Shown here piece by piece: positions 45,241-58,106 of a stretch of 64,000 bases of DNA (position 1 is the first letter of the stretch; every line of letters starts with the position of its first letter). Under the pieces are notes generated by a model. That model was given only the letters and a program-made list of their open reading frames with translations. It had not been told where the DNA came from and made no database searches. Source of the DNA: Curvularia clavata (taxonomy: Eukaryota). Location: the NCBI GenBank assembly GCA_023920165.1, contig CP089276.1:806001-870000 (forward strand), written 5' to 3'. Position numbers and translations under genes: made by a program.

Positions 45241-46676
45241 ATGTACCTGCCTCACCTACTGTCCCTGCCGCCAGCCATCATCGCCTTATGCGCAACTTCA
45301 CCCGTTATCGCCGAAGCCGAATCACACCAGCGACAATGGCCTCACAACGTGCCAAAGCATTTGAAGTACTTTCCCGAGGATGAGGTTCATGCCAAACGCG
45401 GATTGAGCGTTGCGCAGAGGTTACAATATGAGAAACCGATCGGCGTTAAGAAGATGAGCACAGATGAAGGAGAAATGTTCATGCTGGACAATTGGATCTT
45501 CGCCTCAGATTCTCAGCAACCGGCGCGAAGGTCCGACGTAGACACCTTGAGCAACCTGACAGTACAAGCCGTCTCGCCTTTGCGGCCACTGGCTCAATCC
45601 GACTGGCTGGCGCGCATGCATATCAGAGACGTCCTGCTTAAACGCCAATTCAAGTGTCCAGACGGAACAACTAGCTGCGAGTCGATCGGGGCGCCGGATG
45701 TCTGTTGTGGCACAGGAAGCACTTGCATAAACACGTCTGGGAGCTCTGATGCAGGAAATGTTGGGTGTTGTCCCAAGGGCCAGACTTGCGCCGGAAGCGT
45801 GAGTTGCGATACAGCGAGCGGATATTCAAGTTGCCCTGGTTCGTCCAACGGAGGATGCTGTCTTCCTGGATTTAGATGTCAGGGTGTCGGATGTAAGTTT
45901 GAATGCACTATAAAACAAGATCCGATTATATACTAATGTGCATAGGCATCTTAGAATCAACATCCTACGTCCAGCCCACTACCTCTTCTGCTACTCCTAC
46001 TTCAACAGCAGTAGCAACACCGACATCGACACCCACCTCAACCACCCCCTCTATCTCAAGCACAACTCCCACACCCACCCCGTCCTCCTCCAGATCCGCA
46101 TACACATGCTCAACGGGATGGTTCTCCTGCCCCGCCTCGCTCGGTGGTGGATGCTGCATGAACGGCCGCACCTGCGCAACAGGCGCCTCTTGTCTAAGTG
46201 ACAACGACTCAACCAGCACGCGAGCTCCGGATGCCCCTGTCCGGCCCACCAGCGGCTCCGCAACTACAACTGCTGCTCCTGCTTCCAGCGCTGACGTCTG
46301 CCCCCAAGGCTTCTACGTCTGCAGCGCATACTATCCCTCTGGCTGCTGCCGCGTTGGCCGTGATTGCCAGACCACGGGATCTTCCTGCGTTCTCCCTACA
46401 AACACCGTCGTTGATACAAACGGTGTCGTTGTCGTGGCACCTACAAGCTCTGGTAGCTGTCCTAGCGCATGGTACAGCTGCCCTGCGAATGCAGGCGGCA
46501 ACTGCTGTCCTGATGGCTATGCTTGTGGCGAGCAGCAGTGCTCGGCGACGGCGAGTGGGCAGAGCGGAGTCAGGGATAAAGTGACGCCGAGTAAGGCGAG
46601 CTTTGTGTCGAGTGTTTCGATCGGTGTGTCGCTGTTTGGTGCGGCTGCGGTTGGTGTTGCTATGGTGGTTTTGTGA
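45241..46676 (+). CDS. Secreted, probably GPI-anchored Cys-rich and Ser/Thr-rich cell-surface protein
   Basis: Signal peptide, Kex2-like KR sites, repeated C-P-x-G-[WFY]-x-x-C...GGCC modules, S/T/P stalk, hydrophobic C-terminus; intron 45893-45945. Confidence 0.85.
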
Positions 46677-46858
46677 TGATGACGAGGAAAGACGATTTAT
46701 GAGAAAGTTTGATAATGATGATCACGATAACGAGGATTTACTTGTATATACAGCACATGTCTTCGCTGAAAGACGCAATCGTATAAAATTCCAACAATAA
46801 GTTTTTAAACTGTTTGAAATGAGAAAGAGGAAGAAAGAGCGTTATTCTGAGTATGCCC

Positions 46859-49030
46859 CTATAGCTTGTAGCTTCCCGCACCCTTCTTAACAGCATCCTT
46901 GACCTCCTTGCCCTCAACATCTGTAATCACACCCTTGCGTCCAATGATCTGTACACCACCCCTCTTCAAATCACCCAGCAGCTGCTTCTTCTCGCCCCTC
47001 TTCTTCTCCTTGCCCTCAACCTTCTGCTCCTTGGGCTTGTTAAGACCAGCCTTCTTAGCCCTCTCCTTGGCGCGCCTTCGCCTCGACATCTTCTCTTCGC
47101 GTGACATTTCTTCACGGGAAACGGGCATACCGCTCTTTGTGACAATTTCCGACTTGCTTTGCTCGTCGCCAGGCTTGTAGATTTCCTGGGGCGCCAGCAT
47201 GCTTGCGCCTGCGACGTCGCCGCCGGCAGTGGGACGAGCGTCTTCCATTTCGATAGCGGGGGCGTCGACGCGGATTTCAAGGTTGGCAGCTGCGGGCTTG
47301 GGCTTGAAGTGTGAGGAGCTGAGGGAGTCGAGCTTGGCAGATACGCTCTTCCATAGGGCGGCAATCTCGTCGTGCTCCTTCTTGAGCTTCTCGTCCTTGG
47401 CCTCGACGAAGTTAGGGTCTGTCTGTCGCAGGTGCTCTTCTTCGTAGATCTCGGCTAGGCCTTTGCCAGATTTGGTGTCGTCCAACTCGATGCGGCCGCG
47501 GCGAGGGCCTGTTGCAAGGTCGTCTGGTCGTCGGCGATGTACTTCGTCGAACTCGCCAGCTAGAATGCGTCGCTTGATGAGTGCCTCAATGTCTTCTGAT
47601 GTTTCCTGGGTGACTATTGGCACTGGTTTTCCGGCTCTTTCAAACTCAAGATTCTCCTCGAGAAGCGAATTCAGTGGCCGATCAGCTGCTCGTGCCTCAC
47701 CGGAGAGCTGCCATTGTCGTTTTGCAACGTTGGCTGCTTCCAGCTTTCTAATCTCCTCTGCTATCTTGGCTTGTCTGCGTTCATGTGTTGATCGTCTTGA
47801 TTTTGGGTCCGAAGGATCAACATCGGATAGATCGCCCTCACTCTCTACATCATCGTCGTCCTCGAAAAGATCTCTGTGCACTCTGGCCATAGTGCCCTCC
47901 ACATCTTCCTCAATCTCTTCTTCTGGCTCTTCCTGCTTCTCTGGAAAGTTGTGGGGATTCGGCCGCCCTCGCTTTTTGCCATTCTTGTTCTTGTTCTTAC
48001 CAGCTTTTTGAGCTGGAGGCGCAAAGAAATCCTTATACATGACGTTGTTGGCGTTCATGTCAGCATCAAGGCCGTCCAAATCGCCCTCCTCCAGATCATC
48101 TTCGTCGCCACTGTCGCCCTCGGGTGCGTTGAGATCTACATTGCCAAAGGTTGGTCCGTCCTCATCGGATTCATCGTCAGACACGTTTCCTGATAAACCA
48201 CGAGGCTTCGACTTGGCACCACCCGCCTCCATTGGGTCGGCTTCCCAGTTGATCTCTTCATCGTCGCTATCCACGCCCTCTCCCCTCTGGTCTTGTTGTT
48301 CAAGGAATTCGGTCTGCTTGTTGAAGTCGTCTATGGAGAAGAAGCCGTCATTGAGACCGTTTGGATCGGGTACATAAGTTTCCGCAGGTTCGTCATCCGA
48401 TGCTTCATCGGAAAACATACCCTCTTCAGCATCCTCCATGTCTTCATCCTCGTCACCGGACTCGTCATCCTCCGGTCTGGCATCTTCGTCATCGTCCACG
48501 CCGTCGTATTCCCAGTCTACGCCCTCTTCTCCTATGTCGGACTCGGTGTGGTATTCTTCCGGCTCTTCGAGATCATCTCCGTCTTCCTCATCAAACTCGG
48601 GTACAACGCCATCCTCTTGGTCCGGTAGCGAGAGTTCGATTTCCTCAGCTGTCGCCTCGACAATCTTGCGCGTCTGCTCAAATATCTGGTTCACTCCGAA
48701 GCCATCGACATGGACTTTCTTCAGATGCAGTACATTGATGTCATCCTCGTAGTCTCCACCCCGCTTCCGCTTCTTGCGCAACTCTTGCTGTCGCTTCGAC
48801 TGCGCTTCGCTCACGCCAGCGGCAACGGGATCCAGGAATTGTTTTGCAGCGGCAAGGAAAGATGCGTTAAGTTGGGTGGTGGGTTGCAGGAAGGCGAGCG
48901 GATTTGTGAGCAAACTTGTAGGCGCAGTCGCAGCGCTAGGCTGGAGCTCCATTGGGGGCGGAGGGGCCGAGCCCAGAGAGAGCGTATGAGAAGAAACGGA
49001 TGTGTCGGGTGAAAAGGAAGGCTGCGCCAT
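46859..49030 (-). CDS. MPP10: U3 snoRNP / SSU processome component Mpp10
   Basis: Acidic protein with LNDGFFSIDDFNK, WQLSGEA..RPLNSLLEENLEF, IEALIKRRI..FDEV, GLAEIYEEE, LDSLSSSHFKPKP, LAPQEIY. Confidence 0.93.
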   Translation of the reverse strand: MAQPSFSPDTSVSSHTLSLGSAPPPPMELQPSAATAPTSLLTNPLAFLQPTTQLNASFLAAAKQFLDPVAAGVSEAQSKRQQELRKKRKRGGDYEDDINVLHLKKVHVDGFGVNQIFEQTRKIVEATAEEIELSLPDQEDGVVPEFDEEDGDDLEEPEEYHTESDIGEEGVDWEYDGVDDDEDARPEDDESGDEDEDMEDAEEGMFSDEASDDEPAETYVPDPNGLNDGFFSIDDFNKQTEFLEQQDQRGEGVDSDDEEINWEADPMEAGGAKSKPRGLSGNVSDDESDEDGPTFGNVDLNAPEGDSGDEDDLEEGDLDGLDADMNANNVMYKDFFAPPAQKAGKNKNKNGKKRGRPNPHNFPEKQEEPEEEIEEDVEGTMARVHRDLFEDDDDVESEGDLSDVDPSDPKSRRSTHERRQAKIAEEIRKLEAANVAKRQWQLSGEARAADRPLNSLLEENLEFERAGKPVPIVTQETSEDIEALIKRRILAGEFDEVHRRRPDDLATGPRRGRIELDDTKSGKGLAEIYEEEHLRQTDPNFVEAKDEKLKKEHDEIAALWKSVSAKLDSLSSSHFKPKPAAANLEIRVDAPAIEMEDARPTAGGDVAGASMLAPQEIYKPGDEQSKSEIVTKSGMPVSREEMSREEKMSRRRRAKERAKKAGLNKPKEQKVEGKEKKRGEKKQLLGDLKRGGVQIIGRKGVITDVEGKEVKDAVKKGAGSYKL

Positions 49031-49189
49031 CCTATTGTACTGTTGTAAAGGAAAGCGGCCGAGACAAGTCGCTGTGCAAATGCGTTGAAGTTCGCGACAG
49101 GCATCGAACTTTTTTGGTGGAGAAGGTGGTCATAGCGCTAGTTAGCGCCATGCAGCACTGCAGCTGGATCTGTTAATATCACGTGTACT

Positions 49190-50160
49190 GTACAAACATT
49201 GTAGATAATGCATAGGCAAGCACGTCCATCATATTTTAATGAAGAACTCAATAAGTTTCTTCATCATCCTTTATCTCTGCTACTAAGATAAGCTTTTTAG
49301 TATTTTCGAGCAGTTTTCCTCAACGGTTCTTCTTCGTATTGAACAACTATTTCCTTCAAGAGTACATGCTATGGGCTTAGATACAGGCTTCACTAACGGC
49401 AGAAAGATATTCGTAGCTAGCAAAAGTGCTTAGTAGGTAGTGTTCAGGCGCTTAATAACCGTTTATATTTTTGTAAACTCCAGCGCTTTGTACTATATGC
49501 TCTCTTAGCACATCTTTTCAAACACCCACAAAATGACTCTTTTTCTAGGCTGTTTGCGTTCAGAGAATTTCAGGTCAAGGCTAATGCTAACATATTACAT
49601 ACACAGATTATATCCTCTGTGTTTCAATCCATACACAGTTGTCCACTATCAAGTTGATCTAAACTCTCCAGGAAGTACATTAGAATCATTGACCCATACG
49701 TACGATTTTCCCTTAGAGCAATACTGTCATTCTGTTTGGCTTAGGTCAGTCCACTTTTTGCATACGAAACGCCGGGTCTGAAGTAGGTGCGCTGAAGATC
49801 CGTGGTTAGACTGTAATAATTAGCAGCAGCCTAGTTTGTGTGCTCTAAGCTGAGTGGTGAGAACCCAGCTGTCTAGGTTGAACTATATCAAGTGCAAAAC
49901 ACGACAAGCAGCCTCAGAGAGCGAAGCCTGCGTTGCTTTTACTAGTATTCTGATCGTACTGTGGAGTGATGTAGCCCACAGTGATTTTGGTGTCCAGTTT
50001 GTTTGCATTTTCGATATTAACGTTTCGTCTAACTGTCGGCAGGTGGCCTGACGTAGTCCGAGTAACGATAATGAGTGAAACAGCGGCGTTGAACAATACA
50101 AATTAGTTAATCTTTTTGGTCATGCTTATTGGCGTAAAATCTACTAGAGGCAGATATTTT
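49190..50160. other. AT/TpA-rich decayed sequence, possibly a RIP-mutated gene or repeat relic
   Basis: Visibly rich in TA/TAG/CTA compared with flanking genes; fragmented protein-like minus-strand frames; no recognisable transposase. Confidence 0.35.
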
Positions 50161-52600
50161 TAAAGTTTAGCGGCAGTGGTTGGTGGTATCGTCTCCCCTG
50201 AATCGGCGGATTCCGGAGAACGTTCAGCCGGATTGTTAACGACATCGGCTTGGATGTCGCATGCTACACTTCTAATACATGTGCCATAACGGTGTACAGG
50301 ATTTGTAACTTCCATGTATTTCAAGACAAGGGATAAGAAGTACGATATCCAGCACCCCTGAATATGTTCATCTGAAGAATTAGAAATTCTCGATCAGTGT
50401 GCTTGTGCCGAAGACGAGGTTGGATGATACTTTTCATCGTGTTTTGAATATGTAGGAGCAACAATACTTACGACGACTATGTCACAGTACAACTGTTTCT
50501 CTATTTGGAATTCTGAACAGCACATCAGAATCAGAACGACTTTCCCTTCCACTTAAAAGGCAGGCTCTAACGAACGGAGCGGTCTCGCATTTGAGGCAGT
50601 CATTCTGACCGTTTGTAAACCGGCTGTCGTCGGAGCAAACGACGAAGTTGTGAGCGCATTCTGCATGATCGAGGCTGGGACAGGGTTAGCTCTTTTGCAC
50701 AAGCTTGTTTACGTTTTTGTGCAAGTAGTGAAGATATCCAAGCGGGTCTGTACTCCTTCAAAAGAGCCTGATCCTCGGTCTAAGTGCGGGAACTACACCA
50801 TTCGATAAGTTTAAGTGTCTTTTGGCACAGCTGGTCTCCACGGCGAGCCAGAGAATGATGACAGGAATCGACGGAAATGGATGAAATTACTGCGAAGGGA
50901 AGTCGCATAGACCATTTATGCAGTGAATGATTCAGGAGAGGGTTGAGCACGGCCTCATCTCGAGCGAAACGCCAAAACTTAGTAAATGAACACAACCACG
51001 GTTTTGTCACAGTCTTCTACAAAGAACACAAACTTGCCCTTCTCGGCAGGTTTGTTCCTCATTAAACGGTGACAGCTATTCCTAGAAGAGTTCTGGAAGT
51101 CCCGCATGACTTGTATAGTGATCCATGGCGCAGGAACTGTTGGCAGACGTTCTCTCATTTTTACCCAACCTGAGCCTGGTTTCCAAGGTCACACAACGGG
51201 AGCGAAAGATGTTAATGCAGTGTCGTCCATGGAACCCTCGGTTGATTCTGAAAGAGTTTCCATGCATAATATCAAAGGGATGGTACTGTGATCCAAGGTA
51301 GGTCATGAGAGCCTCGCTGGGACAAGTGCCTAGCGTAAAAGGAAAAAAAAGGAGGCCTGTCAACGGTTTTTTGGGTCGCCTAGCGTCCAACTGTCGACAT
51401 GGGCACCGCAATCGACGGCTCCTTTAGAAAATTACTCGTTGTAGTAGTATCAAGACTGGTATACTAGAGAAGAAGGGTTGGCGGTGAAATATAGCGATAC
51501 GTCATATCGTTGCCGTACCGTGGAATTCGTCTGCATTGAAAGTGGAATCGTTGCCCATTATGCCCAAGTTTGGCTGCTGCGTTCTATGTCTGCCTGGCTG
51601 TTTGCTTTCTTCGGCGCAGATATCCAAACCACTGAGAGCAAGCCGAGTCAGCCACAAGTACCACCACCCGCAACGTTAGGGGCTTCCGCGGAGTGAATTG
51701 GGCATTCTTCAGCCATCGGTCCGCATTGCGACCGCGATAGATCCGCCGCAATCCACACTTTTTGCGCAAACTTCCCTCTGAGGAAGTTGCCACCAGTAGG
51801 TGTGGATGTTGAAGGATCAATATAGTGATGGGATGGGTCGGGGTGGAGGTCAAGGGTGTGCGATTTGCCACCATACCGGGCCGCTTTGCTTGGCTCTGAG
51901 GGACTGAACGCCAACCGCCGTGGGTGTATTCCACGGATTTCTGCTGCAATCGACACCTTACTGTTGAACCTACCCTATCGAGAAATGGTTCATGCATGAA
52001 TGCTGGACTTAGTTTGACGATCCCATGGTGACAGCTCGATGCATATTTGCGAGAGTCGCCGTGCGGCTAATTATGTATAGGGTTGCGTGCGCCGCAGAAG
52101 CCAACGGAACGGCCACTGGGACTAGCTGGCGAGTCGGACGTTGCAGTACATTGACGCCCAGGTGGGTAGGATTGTGAGCTGTGCATATATGTATGCGATA
52201 TCAGACTGGGACAGGTAGGTGGTTCGACAGTCGGGCGCTGGAAAGGACATCAGATGAGGATGCCACGACGGAGCAGACAGGCACAGGTGCTGGATGGACC
52301 CAGTGGCAGATGGCGGGGTGCTTGTGTTCTGGCCATGAGAAGGACCTTTTGTCGGGCCCTAGGGCGTGACCGGGCGATGCTGGCGGGTATAAGTGCAGTG
52401 TCATGGTAAAGACCGGACAAAAGCGATGGAGAAAGTGGTACAGACTGTGGCAAGCGTGGCGGTGCGAGGGCATGTGAGCAGCTCTAGCCACAGCGACGTG
52501 GTAGAGAGCACAGCGCGAGCAGCGGTCGAAGGGCCACTGGACGCCCTTCAACAGAGCAACACCTCCCTCGCCTCCTGACGCCGAAACCCACCATGACGAG

Positions 52601-55106
52601 ATGAGCCTCTTTTCCTCCTTCATCATTGAGCCCGTGGTGCGCCATGCTCGCCGGTTCTCAGGCGTTGTTCTGCCAGGCGAGGCGAATGACGAAGGAAACG
52701 AGTCGGCGCCTCTGGCATGTGATAATCGCGACTCTCTGCTCATTCCACCGCCCCATCGCCAGAGCGGAAACAGTGCAAGCACCGACAGCGCACGTGAAGA
52801 CGGTACGGCCGAAGCAATTTTGCCCACACGACCCACTGCACTCGTCGGACGGTTTCGACGTCTCTCCTCCTTCTCCCAACGGCCTCGCAGCGCTGTGGTT
52901 GATGAAGAGGACAGCCATGAAGATCTACCAATAGAGACCCCAGTCGACATGCCCGCGAATCCATCCAACACGCTCGCGCATCAACTCGGCCGCGCCCAGC
53001 TAGAGCCGTCTGGAACATCTGCGCTGCCACAACCTCAACCTGCGCCCAACTCGTCGACGCAAGCTTCTGGCAGCCCCCTGGGCCAGAATGCCGCCGCCAT
53101 GTCGGAATCACTCCCCGCAGACGATGGCATGGCCCATCTCCGCAAGCGCATCCACGACATCAAAGCCCTCGACATCCCGGATCACGAGCGTGCCCGCCTG
53201 GTCCACGGCCTGATGACCGAAAAGTACAACTTGATGCGTCCAACCTCTCCGGCTAGCCTGATATCGCACGACCGCCCGTTTACCCCCACCTCTGGCGAAT
53301 CCCTCTTCTCCGAGGTACATGCATCATCGCCCTACTCATCTACCTCCGACGCCAATCCCGACGTCCCGTACAATCTGCGCGAAGGTGACACCAATCCAAC
53401 CTATCGACCCCAACAGCAACCTCAGCACAACGGAGATCATGGTGAAGAGGATGAGGATGACGTTTCCGAAGGAGAGCTCGTCCTGGGCTGCCAGCATTAC
53501 AAGCGCAATGTCAAAGTGCAATGTTTCGAGTGTCGCCGCTGGTACACTTGCCGGCATTGTCATGACGCCGTCGAGGACCACAATCTCAATCGAAAGATGA
53601 CACAAAATATGCTGTGCATGCTCTGTGGCACACCTCAGAAAGCAAGCGACGTGTGCAAGAACTGCGAAACAGAAACTGCGTGCTATTACTGTGACATTTG
53701 CAAGCTATGGGACAACAACAGTAAGAAGAAGATTTACCATTGCCCAGATTGTGGCATCTGTCGACGAGGAGAGGGTCTGGGAAAGGATTTCTACCATTGC
53801 AAGGTAAGCCCACCATGTCCACAATTGATTGTAATTTACTGACAATCTTCAGAGCTGCAATGTCTGCATATCCATTTCCCACGCAACTACACACAAGTGC
53901 CTACCACGTGCTACTGAAGGCGACTGTCCCATTTGTGGCGACCATCTGTTCACCTCGTCTACTGCTGTTGTGTCGATGCCTTGTGGTCATTACCTACACA
54001 AGGGCTGTTACAATCTCTACATGCAGACTGCATACAAGTGCCCTATCTGCATGAAGAGTGCCGTATGCATGGATCTGCAGTGGCAGAAGCTAACTCAGGC
54101 AATCGAAGGCCAGCCAATGCCAGAGCAATTTGCGAATACGCGAGCAATCATCCAGTGCAACGACTGTTCAGCAAAGTCTTCAGTCAAGTACCATTGGCTG
54201 GGAAATCAGTGTTCTACCTGTGACTCTTACAACACAAACGAACTACGCATTCTGAATGGGCCTGAGAGTGAAGAGACCGCCAATGCGATATTAGATGCCG
54301 AGGTAGATGCCGGATCGCGATCACCCGTAAGCGTCAGTTCGCCCTCATCGCAAGCTCCGCTTCGTTCGCCTCGTTACTACTTCCAACCAGACGAGCCGGA
54401 AGAGACATGGCTTCCAGGCCAGTTGCCCTCTTTCCCCTTCCAGATGCCGCAGTTTCCTGGACGGCCCAGGATGCCGCAAATGCCTCAGATGCCTCAGATG
54501 CCTCAATTTCCGTCATTACCGAACTTTCCGCAGATTCCCCAGTTCCCACAGATACCCCAGTTTCCGCAAATGCCGCAGATGCCACAGATACCTCAAATGC
54601 CCGACGCTGCACAGCAAATGCTGGAACGGGTGCGCAGATCATTTGATACTTACCTCAACCCAACCGGCGACGTCCGGGCTGAAGATGTGCCCATCATCGA
54701 CCTTGGAGACGAAGAACGCACTGAGCGCTCAGCTACAGACGGCACCAAGGTCCAAGAACCTTCCCTGCCTCAGTACGTCTTGGAGCGCTTTACCCAGTCT
54801 CTGGTGCGTTTCAGAAACGACTTGAACCCAGCATTGTTTGAAGACATCCCCAACCTTGACCTGGCCGAAGATCATGACCCGGATGGACTGGAATTTTGGG
54901 GTGAAGATGGTGGGCGGCTTAATCGCTTCGTTACAGGGGATGGAGACGACGAGGATGAAAGCGGCAGTGATGACAGTGAACACTTTGAAGACGATGATGA
55001 TGACGACGAAGATGATGACGAGGATGCGTATGAAGAGGAAGAAGATACAACGACTGGTAAACAAAAGCACCGGAAAAAGGAGTTTGATCTACCAGGTCAC
55101 ATCTGA
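52601..55106 (+). CDS. CHY zinc finger / RING-H2 E3 ubiquitin ligase (Pirh2/RCHY1-like)
   Basis: GCQHYKRNVK..C..C..YTCRHCHD, YHCPDCGICR, CPICGDHLF..MPCGHYLHKGC..CPIC, CNDC..YHWLG..C.TCDSYNT; intron 53804-53852. Confidence 0.92.
54443..54603 (+). repeat. Coding tripeptide (9-bp) repeat, (PQ[M/F/I])n
   Basis: MPQFPGRPRMPQMPQMPQMPQFPSLPNFPQIPQFPQIPQFPQMPQMPQIPQMP. Confidence 0.9.
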
Positions 55107-55571
55107 GACGCAATACTGGCGTTTGGACATGGCAAAAGTGTGTGCTATAAGGGGAGTGGGTCGTGTTTGTATTATTTTATGGGACGGAAACTTTATGAGT
55201 GAAAAGAAACGGATCGTATGCAGACATGGATACCCAAGTAATGATACATAACGACTGAACAAAGTTGCGTCTTGAGTGAAGTCTGATTTCACGTGACTTG
55301 GGGGCCCGTGCGTTGCGCGCTAAGTAAGCGACCACAGTCGCATCCGATTTTCGCGAGCTTGAGAAATCCCGAATTCTACGCCTCACCTCGCATCCTCAAC
55401 GTCGACTAACCCCGCAGCGAGACCCTCTGTCCGTACGTTTTATTCCCCTTAGATTTTGTTCTCGGTGCGAAATTTCTGTAATTGCTGCAACAGGGCATTG
55501 TAGCAGTTGCGGCACCAGAACTTGCAACAAGAGCTGGCCAAGGACGTCTGCTGACAACTTTTTGTACAGAA

Positions 55572-56214
55572 ATGGCTCCCACCACCAAGTCCGCCGGCAA
55601 GAAGTCTGCCGGAAAGACCGGCCGCAGCGCGATCGCTGACGTCGTCGCCCGCGAATACACGATCCACCTCCACAAGCGCGTATGTTGATTCAGTTTAGTG
55701 AAGTCCACAGATGGTCTGCAGAGGCTTGGATGGGTGCTCAGGCAGGCCGATTACACTGGCCTGGGCATTCATGCTCGCTGATGCAGGCATCGGGCGGAAG
55801 ACTGAAGGCGAACATTAGGCTAATACATTGGGGATATAGGTCCATGGCGTAAGCTTCAAGAAGAGGGCCCCCAGGGCTGTCAAGGAGATCCGCGCTTTCG
55901 CTAAGCAGGCTATGGTAAGTAGACATTCCGATCGAGGACAGCGTTCGGTTATGCGCCGGCGCCGGTTCTGTAGGATATGGAAACAATGGCTAACATTACC
56001 GTAATAGGGCACCAACGATGTCCGCCTTGACCCCCAGCTCAACAAGAAGGTCTGGGAGTCTGGTATCAAGGGCGTCCCATTCCGCCTCCGTGTCCGCATC
56101 TCACGTAAGCGTAACGACGAGGAGGGCGCCAAGGAGAAGCTCTACTCCTACGTCCAGGCCGTCAACGTCAAGGACCCCAAGGGTCTGCACACCCAGGTCG
56201 TTGAGGATGCTTAG
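55572..56214 (+). CDS. RPL31: 60S ribosomal protein eL31
   Basis: Exons 55572-55679, 55840-55914, 56008-56214: [48 protein letters not shown]. Probable 5'UTR intron about 55433-55569. Confidence 0.96.
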
Positions 56215-58106
56215 ATGTTTTCATTAGGGACAGGGAAAGGATGATGTGCATATCAAAAGCATGGCGTTCCGGCGGGTTGTGCTGAGTAGCTACTATGGAT
56301 AGTAGAGCGAAAAGCTGGTGAAATGATACCTCAATGACAGATCATGCCCGCCATGTTTGACGGTTTAATGTTGCTTGGATCTCTGTTGTCGACATGTTGA
56401 TGCTTGCATGTGACATGTGTATTGAAGTGGTGATGTATATATCGAGATTCTGTCGTTGTGGACCCCAGTAAACTCTATGCAAGGGCACATATATGAAGGG
56501 TAGCGGCGGTATTGAGATGAAATTGCGATTGTTAGCCGGTGGCTTTGCACTGGCCGCCTGGGTGGTGAACTGTTGACAACGAGTTATGTAATACAAGCGA
56601 GAAGTGTCGTAGGTGAGGAGGAAAGAAAAGCCAACCGAAGATCTACTAAGCTAGGAGCGATGGATGTTTGCAACAAGTTCACAGCGCTCACGGTTCATGG
56701 GTCGGTTGGCCGATGATTGACGGTTGAACATCCAACATTTTCAACGTACGATACGATTCAAGTTAAAGGCCAGGATGACTGACCTCGGCTGAGGAGCAAT
56801 AGTGGCCAGCTAGTGATCCTGGCGCGTCTCCTTGCAATCTCCATTCATGTCGAGCAACCGGCGACGGTGGTCAATTTGCGGACGATTGCAGGCAGCGGGC
56901 CATTCTACAGCATGTGCTTGCCGATCTGCTTGTCAAGTTCATCGGCTCAGTCCGAGGGCAGATGGCATGGATATTTGCAGCTGGAAATGGGGAGGAGAAG
57001 GAATTGTGGCGGGCGCCATCCGAGAGAGCCGTTCATCATGTGGAGAAGTCTTAGCGAGATTTCCCTGATCTCGTGATGGGTATCTAGTCGAGACGAAGTT
57101 GGGTCGCCATGGGACGAAGCCTCATTGGCAAAGGCCGAACGACACTAGATGGTGCTGGTACATAACCGCCTTTTGCTTGGCATCTTCTCCGCCCAGCAAC
57201 CCCCTTGCCCTTGTCCAGTAAACGGCCCATCCCAGGCCCAAAGACCCTGTGCTCATCAGATAATATGCACCAATTGCATTCGTCTCAGCAAGCGAAAGGT
57301 CAAGCCATGTGCATCGGGTTGTTTGTGTGCGACACGGCCAGCCTGGTGCTCTGCAGTAGACGTTTGCACGGCATACTACGACATCACACCATGATGCATT
57401 CATTCTGTCCTATTCCCTCACAGCCACTGTCAACGTTTCCTTGCAGGAGCCCCGTTCAACCCCACACCAGGGCTAGTCGTGCATTAGCAGCCTTTTCGAC
57501 CCTTTTGGTGAGTGTGAGCATGAGCAATCGGGGCGAGTATTGGATAGGAGGCGGAAACGTCCATGCACGTCGAGTCCGCAGCCTCTTGGGTGCATTGAAA
57601 ATCACTAATTTTGGGGGGCTCATGCCGACACGCTAGACCCGGTGTGGCCTAGCCCATGTCCGACACGGCGTTAGCCAGTGCAACAATGGCGCGGGAAGGG
57701 AAGGCTGGCGGACGCACTGATGTTTGGTCTTGCTCCCTTCTGACTTGGACTTCCGGGGAGGCGAGGGAATAAGGATCATGGGTGTTATTGCATTTCGATG
57801 GCGAGAGCAAGCGAAGCGCCAAAAGTAAAACGAGCCTAGTCCATGTTTTGGCCTGGTCAAAGTTTCCAACACGCGCGCGCTGGGTCCCCGTTGTTTAATA
57901 AATGGTGGCCCCGGACTCTCTCGTGCCCGCGGCCCATCCTCTTCCCTTCGTTGTTGTGTCAACCAGAAACCAGAAAAGTTTACCCATCACTCGCTCGGGG
58001 GTTACTGAATCGCCTTTTGTTTTATAAAACACTTTGTAATATCTTAATCAACACTTCGAAGCGTCTTTCAACTTCTCAACTTCACCACCTCCTATAATCA
58101 ACAAAG

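Noticed and set aside
50200..52600. Several short ORFs upstream of the CHY/RING gene
   Set aside because: No domains, codon bias or consistent splice model; treated as intergenic or UTR.
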